From positions 32,001 through 96,000 of IMG/VR virus record IMGVR_UViG_3300005077_000001: DNA of 64,000 nt, one strand, 5' to 3'. Numbering within the stretch: position 1 is the first letter of the stretch; every line of letters starts with the position of its first letter. The translations under genes and the position numbers were made by a program. The notes below the pieces were generated by a model. That model worked only from the letters and a program-made list of their open reading frames with translations, was not told the DNA's origin and did not search any database. Shown here piece by piece: positions 57,430 through 64,000 of the stretch. The DNA is from a virus (lineage: Duplodnaviria; Caudoviricetes).

Positions 57430-58617
57430 ATGGCAAAGGATTGGTCAAAAAATGAAGATTTACTTTTAGAAAAAAATTGTTCTAATATGAACGATAGAGA
57501 ATTATCTATATTACTAAATAGAACTTTAAAATCTGTTAAACATAGGAGAATTAAACTAGGATTAAAAAATAATTGGAATTGTCAATCTTCGCAATTACCT
57601 TGGTCTAAGGAAGAAGATCAAATATTAATAGATAATTATAGAAAAATACCCTATAAAGAAATTATAAAACTACTACCTAATAAACGAACAGTGGGATCTT
57701 TAGAAAATAGACGTACTTATTTAATTGGCTTAATAAAGAACCCTATCTTAAGAAAATCATCTAATGACGTTTGGACTCCAGAAGAAGATGAAATAATAAT
57801 TAAGAATTATGGTAAATTAACATATGAACAGATGCTTGAATTACTGCCTAATAAAAACAGAACTGTTTTGGCATTACAGTCTAGAAAAAGTCAATTAGAA
57901 CCAGAAGCAGATCTAACAACTTTACGTAGAAATCAACGTAAACATTTTTATAACAATGCTTTTTTTGAAATACCTAATATTGTAAATTGTTATTTTGCAG
58001 GACTTTTATCGGCTGATGGGAATATTAGTAAAAACAGAGAAAATTTAGCAATAACTTTGCATCAGAAAGACAAACCTATTTTAGAAACTTTTTCTAAATG
58101 CATTGAGTATACAGGAGAAGTAGTAGACAGATATTACGAAAAACAAAATAAGTTGACTTCCAGGTTATTAATCAATGGTTGTGGTAGAGATTTAATTCCT
58201 GATTTAGAAAAACATTTCAATATAGTCCCAAAAAAATCTTTAATTTTAAAACCTCCTAATCTAAAAAATGAAGAATTAATTAAAAGTTTTATTAAAGGTT
58301 ATATAGATGGGGATGGTCATATAAACATGGATTCAAAAGGAAATGGGCAATATGCTTGGATTATATCTGTGTGTGGTACTAAAGAAATGCTTGAATGGAT
58401 TAAATTTTATTTTGATAAATGGGCTCCTAATGCATATCATAATAAATTTTCTAAAGTAAGGAAATATGATTATAACAGAATTCATCATTACTCAGTAAAT
58501 GGTAACCGTTCTATTGAAATATTAAAACAATTATGTGGAATACACAGTCCCTATCTAGAGAGAAAATGGCGTCCCTTTATGCACGAACACAATTGTTATT
58601 ACAAATTTACCTCTTAA
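57430..58617 (+). CDS. LAGLIDADG homing endonuclease with Myb/SANT-like repeats
   Basis: WSKNED/WSKEED/WTPEED; AGLLSADGNI; KGYIDGDGHI; LERKW. Confidence 0.85.
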   Translation: MAKDWSKNEDLLLEKNCSNMNDRELSILLNRTLKSVKHRRIKLGLKNNWNCQSSQLPWSKEEDQILIDNYRKIPYKEIIKLLPNKRTVGSLENRRTYLIGLIKNPILRKSSNDVWTPEEDEIIIKNYGKLTYEQMLELLPNKNRTVLALQSRKSQLEPEADLTTLRRNQRKHFYNNAFFEIPNIVNCYFAGLLSADGNISKNRENLAITLHQKDKPILETFSKCIEYTGEVVDRYYEKQNKLTSRLLINGCGRDLIPDLEKHFNIVPKKSLILKPPNLKNEELIKSFIKGYIDGDGHINMDSKGNGQYAWIISVCGTKEMLEWIKFYFDKWAPNAYHNKFSKVRKYDYNRIHHYSVNGNRSIEILKQLCGIHSPYLERKWRPFMHEHNCYYKFTS

Positions 58618-58675
58618 TTAACTACCCACCTACATTCTTATAGGTATTTAATTTATTAAAGGAAAGGAATAAGCC

Positions 58676-59296
58676 ATGGGATTAATATATGAAATTATGA
58701 ATATTGTTTTTGGTAGAAAGGAAAATGGAGATTATACCCCACAACCTATTTCTGGTGGTGATTTTACAGAAGAAGATTATGATGGGGATTGGGGTGTTAA
58801 TTTACCAGACGTGGATGATGATATAGAATCCGCTGTGCATAAATATAGTAAACAATATAACGTGCCATTTCCTTTGCTTTTGGCTATAATAAAAACCGAA
58901 TCGGACTTTAGAAGAAATGCGATTCGGGAGGAACCCGCCTTTAGAAAAAGATATATTGATAATAATCCTAATTATAGAGAGTTAGATGAGGAAAGCAAAA
59001 GATTCCTTTCCTGTTCACACGGTCTAACGCAATTAATGGGCCTTACGGCTGTTGAACTTGGCTTCAGCTTTTCTGGTCCACAAGAAATTTACGATGTAAA
59101 TAACAATATAATGATTTGTGCATATTACTTACGAAAATTATGGAATAAATACAATGACTTAGAAAAGGCAGTGGCTTCCTATAATGCCGGATCTCCTAGG
59201 TACAATATGGATGGCTCCTTCGTTAATCAAAATTATGTTTCAAAAGTATTAAAATACTTTGAAATATATAAACAGCAAACAATAGCACAAGGATGA
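58676..59296 (+). CDS. lytic transglycosylase (SLT) endolysin
   Basis: AIIKTES catalytic Glu; GLTQLM; AVASYNAG; YVSKV. Confidence 0.88.
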   Translation: MGLIYEIMNIVFGRKENGDYTPQPISGGDFTEEDYDGDWGVNLPDVDDDIESAVHKYSKQYNVPFPLLLAIIKTESDFRRNAIREEPAFRKRYIDNNPNYRELDEESKRFLSCSHGLTQLMGLTAVELGFSFSGPQEIYDVNNNIMICAYYLRKLWNKYNDLEKAVASYNAGSPRYNMDGSFVNQNYVSKVLKYFEIYKQQTIAQG

Positions 59297-60300
59297 AAAA
59301 GATGCAAGCAAACATATGGACCTCTAAAGAAATAGAGATACTTAAAAATATGTATTTTTCTGGGATAAAAAAAGACATCTTACAGCCGTTGTTAAGTAAT
59401 AGATCTTGGGATGGTATTTGTTCTAAAGCAAGGAATCTTGGTTTATCCGATAAAAAATATCCCAATTGGACAGAAGAAGAAATATCTTTTTTAAAAGAGA
59501 ATTATAAATCTTTACCTACAGAAGAAATATCAAGTATATTAAATAGAACTAGAGATGCTATAATAACTAAAGTAAATAATTTAGGAATAAGTTCTTATGC
59601 TGATAAGAAAGGTAGATACTTATTTAATCGTGATTACTTTTCTGTTTTAAATTTAGAGAGGGCATATTGGGCAGGATTTATAGCAGCAGATGGTTGTTTG
59701 TCAACTGTTGGAAATTCTATAAAACTTAGTATTAGATTAAATCGAAAAGACCATAATCACCTTGAAATGTTTAAGAAATGCATATCTCATGAAGGTCCTG
59801 TTCATAAGGGTTCTTCTTTACGTAAACAAACCACTTGTTTTTTCTCTGTTATTGAAATAAATGGTATTTTTGAATGGCAATCCGATTTATATAAAATATA
59901 TAATATTACTCCAAAAAAATCTCTGACATTAAAACCTCCTAATTTAAGAGATTCTTCTCTTATTAAAGCATTTATTATTGGTTATATTGATGGAGACGGT
60001 TATATAGGTAGAAGACATTATTATAATTATTGGAGACTTTCTATTGTAGGAACTGAAGATTTTTTAATGTTTATAGAAAGTTTCTTTAATAAGCACTATC
60101 CTTATTATAAATTAGCTCACCTAAGAAAAAATAAAAGTATTTATGAATATGATATACAGGGAAAAAGGGTTTCAACAATTTTGAGAGATCTTGCTACTAT
60201 TAAAGTTCCGCATCTTTATCGAAAATGGAATCCTGTTAAAAATGAATTACTAGATAAGGAATGGGTTGAATATATACCAGATATAAAAAAGGAGAATTAA
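59293..60300 (+). CDS. LAGLIDADG homing endonuclease with Myb/SANT-like repeats
   Basis: WTSKEI/WTEEEI; AGFIAADGCL; IGYIDGDGYI; LYRKW. Confidence 0.85.
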   Translation: MKKMQANIWTSKEIEILKNMYFSGIKKDILQPLLSNRSWDGICSKARNLGLSDKKYPNWTEEEISFLKENYKSLPTEEISSILNRTRDAIITKVNNLGISSYADKKGRYLFNRDYFSVLNLERAYWAGFIAADGCLSTVGNSIKLSIRLNRKDHNHLEMFKKCISHEGPVHKGSSLRKQTTCFFSVIEINGIFEWQSDLYKIYNITPKKSLTLKPPNLRDSSLIKAFIIGYIDGDGYIGRRHYYNYWRLSIVGTEDFLMFIESFFNKHYPYYKLAHLRKNKSIYEYDIQGKRVSTILRDLATIKVPHLYRKWNPVKNELLDKEWVEYIPDIKKEN

Positions 60301-60600
60301 ATGTTTAATAATTTTAAAGCATATTTAAGTTCTATGTTTAGAGATGAAAATAGTAAACCAAGTATGTCAAAAACACAATTATTTATTAATTGGATAGTTG
60401 TTTTGGGTGCATATATGTATGATGTCATATCTTATGGTGCTTCACATTCAATTGAACTTGCTCTTGGTTTATTAGGGATCGGTGCTGCTTCGAGGGGTGT
60501 TTCTCAATTTAATAATTTTAAATATAAGTCTTCACAACCATCTAAATCCATATTTACTGGAAATAATTGTAATCCATCAAATGGTACAAATGGGGGTTAA
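60301..60600 (+). CDS. putative holin
   Basis: Two TM segments; in lysis cluster. Confidence 0.6.
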   Translation: MFNNFKAYLSSMFRDENSKPSMSKTQLFINWIVVLGAYMYDVISYGASHSIELALGLLGIGAASRGVSQFNNFKYKSSQPSKSIFTGNNCNPSNGTNGG

Positions 60601-60603
60601 CTT

Positions 60604-60873
60604 ATGGGTGTATTAGAAACTATATTTGGGATAGCTGCTGTAGTTATAGCTATCTTACTAGGTATTATTAAGATCATGTGGAATATGATGCAATCAAAAA
60701 ATAATCAAATTGGAGACATACAAGCAGCAAATAAGGAATGGCAAGATTACAGTAATGTGCAGAAGGAAAACAGTGAAATAGACCAGCAAGAAGCACAAAA
60801 AGAACAGGAAATTGCGGGGCAAAATGAAACCGACCAACTTATTAGTACTGATAAGCAGTCTTCTAATTTTTAA
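60604..60873 (+). CDS. putative inner-membrane spanin
   Basis: N-terminal TM plus coiled coil; overlaps a lipoprotein ORF. Confidence 0.6.
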   Translation: MGVLETIFGIAAVVIAILLGIIKIMWNMMQSKNNQIGDIQAANKEWQDYSNVQKENSEIDQQEAQKEQEIAGQNETDQLISTDKQSSNF

Positions 60874-61132
60874 TGGATGTACCTGGTGGGGAATTAATGT
60901 AGTAAGACCTTCGTGGGATGCTCCACCAAGACCCAAAATAGAAGTAGGAGTAAAACAACGAGCAGATACATTTGATTATTTGAATAATGAAGATAAATTA
61001 AAAGATTATATAATTGAACATAAAGATGAATTAAAAAAAGATATAATTACTAAAGAACGGTTAAAGGCGCACATACTAAAATTAGAAAATTTATTAAAAG
61101 GATGTAATAGCAAAGGAGGTGATAGTAAATAG
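60812..61132 (+). CDS. putative outer-membrane spanin lipoprotein (likely start ATG 60824)
   Basis: MKPTNLLVLISSLLIFNGC lipobox; Pro-rich segment; overlaps i-spanin 3' end. Confidence 0.65.
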   Translation: MRGKMKPTNLLVLISSLLIFNGCTWWGINVVRPSWDAPPRPKIEVGVKQRADTFDYLNNEDKLKDYIIEHKDELKKDIITKERLKAHILKLENLLKGCNSKGGDSK

Positions 61133-61141
61133 GAGTAATAT

Positions 61142-61690
61142 TTGATGGAAGAATTAAAAAATTTAGTAACAGAAGTAAAAACTGATTTAGAAGATTTAAT
61201 TTCTCTTTCGAATCAATCTCAAGGTTCAAATTTATTGAATCTTACAATAAAGTTGGAAAAATTTGAAGACAAAGTAGAAGAACGATTGGATTATTTGGAT
61301 GATAAATTAGATGAAAAAATAAACAAAGTTAAAGAAGCATTAGACAAAAGTGAATGGCAACGATGGAAAACGTTTGGCGGGGCAATAGCTTTGGCAGTTA
61401 CAATATTTATTGGGACTATATTTCTTGGGGCAAATATACTTCAAGATAGAATGTCAAAGATTGAGAAAGAGGTTACTGTTGTTCAAGAATCGGATAAAAG
61501 CCAAGTGTCGTTTGAGAAGTTTCTTGAGTTACAAAAAACTTCTGAGAAAGACCGTGCTCTGATATTAGAAAAGTTAAATCATGTAGTAAGTACGAACGAT
61601 TTTAATCTATTTAAAAAAGAAGTGTATGACGTGATTCTTAAATTACACTTGGGGGATAAGAATGAAAGACCTACTAATAGTGGAAAATGA
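61142..61690 (+). CDS. coiled-coil protein with one central TM segment
   Basis: Coiled coil - FGGAIALAVTIFIGTIFLGANIL - coiled coil. Confidence 0.65.
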   Translation: MMEELKNLVTEVKTDLEDLISLSNQSQGSNLLNLTIKLEKFEDKVEERLDYLDDKLDEKINKVKEALDKSEWQRWKTFGGAIALAVTIFIGTIFLGANILQDRMSKIEKEVTVVQESDKSQVSFEKFLELQKTSEKDRALILEKLNHVVSTNDFNLFKKEVYDVILKLHLGDKNERPTNSGK

Positions 61691-62060
61691 TACAATAGTT
61701 ACTAAAATATGGGCAACCTACTTTAGCCAATACTACAACGTTAAGCGTGCCCATAGCGTAGGAGAGGCTTTAATAATGGTTAAAGAAAAACTTCCAGATG
61801 CTGTTATTCTAGATTTAAGGTTAAATGGTCCAGAAGATTCTGGTTTAAGTGTGTATTCTTATATAAGGAATGTTTGCCAAAGCAGTATTCCTGTTATCTT
61901 TGTTACAGGATTGGATTCAGATACTTTATTATATAAAGAAGCAGATACTATAGCTGCTGTTGATTATGAAAAAGGGATGTTTACTAAATTATTTGTAAAA
62001 CCTATAAAATTATCAACATTGGAGCCAGTAATTGAAACAATGATGTCTGAGGCGGTATGA
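61662..62060 (+). CDS. single-domain response regulator (CheY-like receiver)
   Basis: LLIVEND; AVILD phospho-Asp; IFVTG; VKP. Confidence 0.88.
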   Translation: MKDLLIVENDTIVTKIWATYFSQYYNVKRAHSVGEALIMVKEKLPDAVILDLRLNGPEDSGLSVYSYIRNVCQSSIPVIFVTGLDSDTLLYKEADTIAAVDYEKGMFTKLFVKPIKLSTLEPVIETMMSEAV

Positions 62061-63502
62061 GCATAAGTGTTATTGTATCTTTAATATTTTCTATTTGTCT
62101 TCAGTCTTTTACAATTTGGTATATTTTCAAACACTTCATTGGTATGCCCAGACACACGTGGTTTTTTATAATACTCCCATCTTTTTTTATGATTTCGTTA
62201 AGACTAACTGCTATCTATTTACATTTTAATAACTATGGTCCTTTTGTTGAAGATTTTGTAATATCCCTTTTTATTATAGGTATTTCTTCTTCTCTATTAT
62301 ATAGTTATACAAAAATTAATAAATTATTTAAATCTTTATCAGGGTATGAGAATAACTTTGATGATATGGTAGAAAAACGATTTAAGAAAGAATGGGAAGA
62401 GACATTCGATTCAATTCCTGATCTGATTACTGTTTTGGATACTAATTTTACAATTTTACGTGCAAATGAAGCTGTGCTGAAGTTCCTTGACTTGACTGAA
62501 GATGAAATAGTAGGAAAGCATTGTTATGAACTAATACACGGTACTGTAAAACCTCCTGCATTTTGTCCATTTCATATGCTACTATGTACAGGAACCTCTG
62601 TACCTGTGGAGGTTAAGTTGGGTAATACTATATTTCTAGTGAGTGTGCATCCTTTTTATGATAAAAATACACTAAAAGGGGTTATACATATAGCACGGGA
62701 TGTTACAAGTTTGAAAAAAACGGAAATTGAATTGGAGAAAAAAAAGGAGGAATTATATGCTCTAAATTTAGCGAAAACTCAAGATTTATTAGATTCAGCT
62801 AGAATGTTAAATGCTGGAGTAGCTCATGAATTACGTACTCCAATGCAAGCTATAATAAATGTAATAGAGTTATTACAATCTGAATTAGTACATTGCTATG
62901 TAGAAGAAGCTAAGAGTACTATGAAAGCTTTATTGGAAGATGCAGAGATTCAATTAACTTATTCTATTGGAGTTTTAAATTCGCTATCTGCTTACGCAAA
63001 ATCTGGAGTCATGGTCGGTGTTCATTGCATTGATGTTTTTGAAGAACTAGTTGGTATAATTAAAACTTTGAGATTTGTAGATCCATTCAAGGCTTTAGAC
63101 GACGATCAATTCCATATTCAAGAACCAAGTTTTTTTAGTTGTGCAATAAAAATAAATAAATCTGACTTTAGACAAATAATTGAAAATTTATGTAAAAACT
63201 CTATTGAAGCAATAAAAGGTGTAGAGCCTAAAATATCAATTAAAGTTACTAAAGAAATAGATTTAATTAACATACACATAATAGATAACGGAGTAGGAGT
63301 TCCTGATAAATATAAAGATGATATATTTAAACCTTATTTTTCAACTAAAATAGGGAAAACACAACAGAATCAGGGTTTAGGGTTGGCTATTGTAAAAAAC
63401 CTAGTGATAAAGAACGGTGGGAATATTACATTTAATAGTCATCCTGGATATACGGAATTTATAGTTACATTTCCGTGTGCAAAAGCGGAAATAGAAGAAT
63501 AA
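62057..63502 (+). CDS. membrane-bound PAS-domain histidine kinase
   Basis: 3 N-terminal TMs; PAS WEETFDSIPD...CYELIHG..PP..CP; H-box AHELRTP; N-box NLCKNSIEA; DNGVG; IFKPYFSTK; GLGL. Confidence 0.92.
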   Translation: MSISVIVSLIFSICLQSFTIWYIFKHFIGMPRHTWFFIILPSFFMISLRLTAIYLHFNNYGPFVEDFVISLFIIGISSSLLYSYTKINKLFKSLSGYENNFDDMVEKRFKKEWEETFDSIPDLITVLDTNFTILRANEAVLKFLDLTEDEIVGKHCYELIHGTVKPPAFCPFHMLLCTGTSVPVEVKLGNTIFLVSVHPFYDKNTLKGVIHIARDVTSLKKTEIELEKKKEELYALNLAKTQDLLDSARMLNAGVAHELRTPMQAIINVIELLQSELVHCYVEEAKSTMKALLEDAEIQLTYSIGVLNSLSAYAKSGVMVGVHCIDVFEELVGIIKTLRFVDPFKALDDDQFHIQEPSFFSCAIKINKSDFRQIIENLCKNSIEAIKGVEPKISIKVTKEIDLINIHIIDNGVGVPDKYKDDIFKPYFSTKIGKTQQNQGLGLAIVKNLVIKNGGNITFNSHPGYTEFIVTFPCAKAEIEE

Positions 63503-63518
63503 GAAAGGGGAATATAAG

Positions 63519-64000
63519 ATGGAAAGTTACTTACAAAATATAAGTACAGTACCAAAAATGATTTTAAAGCAGTTTTTTGAGCCGGGAGAAAAAAAGGATT
63601 TAAGTATTTTATTTAAAGAATTTAGTACTGATACTCCTAGAAAGAAGGCTAAATTTAGACCAAATGAATTTTCTGATTTCATTGAGTGGGTACAAGAATT
63701 AACTAATGAGCAACAAGGGTACTGGTGTGTTTCTTTACCTGTAGATAAAAATAAAACTGTTGCTAAGCCTAAACCTAAAGGTAAAGCTAAAGTTAAAAAA
63801 ACTACTAAGAAGAAGAATCCATTAGAAAAAATAGAAAAAGAGATTGCTACTCTTCCATTAGATCAGTATAAAGCAATGCATATCGCAAACCTTCCATATG
63901 ATATTGAAGGGAAACGTAAAATAGATGTTTATGAAAACCCAGATGAATTAAGAAAAGCAGAAAATATATGTTCAAATACTGCTGGTAAAGAGAAATTGCG
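63519..64000 (+). CDS. hypothetical protein, runs off window end
   Basis: AAGGGG RBS; open frame MESYLQNIST... to position 64000. Confidence 0.65.
   Translation, partial: MESYLQNISTVPKMILKQFFEPGEKKDLSILFKEFSTDTPRKKAKFRPNEFSDFIEWVQELTNEQQGYWCVSLPVDKNKTVAKPKPKGKAKVKKTTKKKNPLEKIEKEIATLPLDQYKAMHIANLPYDIEGKRKIDVYENPDELRKAENICSNTAGKEKL

Noticed and set aside
33339-60300. Group I introns housing the LAGLIDADG genes
   Set aside because: Flanking genes are complete and spacers are too short (overlaps to ~80 nt) for an intron core
480-60936. Many short opposite-strand or nested ORFs in the track (e.g. 1262-1546, 22501-22779, 40749-41096, 46891-47298, 56578-56871)
   Set aside because: Antisense shadows of well-supported genes; no RBS or motifs; compositions mirror the real strand
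1-64000. Stop-codon reassignment (TAG/TGA recoding as in some large phages)
   Set aside because: Long genes are intact in the standard code, and TAG and TGA end several genes at sensible positions; the one internal stop is TAA at a probable error site
1-64000. tRNA, rRNA or CRISPR array
   Set aside because: No T-loop/cloverleaf signature or regularly spaced repeat seen; intergenic gaps are almost all under 250 nt

Overview
AT-rich, densely coding 64 kb segment of a large tailed dsDNA phage (Caudoviricetes). The spanin pair implies a Gram-negative host; a Cys-rich small protein and the PAS-domain style hint at Desulfobacterota-like anaerobes (inference). 1-16.2 kb is mostly short minus-strand early/accessory genes, including a GGQ release-factor domain, HNH nuclease, PyrE, a lipoprotein M23 peptidase and a plus-strand sulfotransferase-like/Hsp20 island. 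From 16.4 kb everything is plus strand: GroES, dCMP deaminase, HD protein, clamp-loader subunits, MetAP, an actin-like ATPase, terminase, portal, prohead protease, an ~19 kb block of Ser-Gly-rich fibre/lectin/phosphatase genes, scaffold, decoration protein and major capsid protein (MCP), then a lysis cassette (SLT, holin, spanins) running into a receiver + PAS histidine kinase pair. Five LAGLIDADG and two HNH endonuclease genes are free-standing. Best leads: (1) a 191-aa early-region paralog of the phage's own MCP lacking the central ~158 aa (probable A-domain); (2) a two-component system coupled to the lysis operon; (3) a pervasive (T/S)-x-S-G motif in the predicted virion-surface proteins; (4) a LamG domain split across two adjacent ORFs; (5) an endonuclease whose N-terminus duplicates that of the downstream gene. 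Four reading-frame lesions all fit homopolymer undercalls and may be sequencing errors. No tRNA, rRNA, CRISPR array or reverse transcriptase was seen. All homology calls are by-eye motif recognition; no searches were run.
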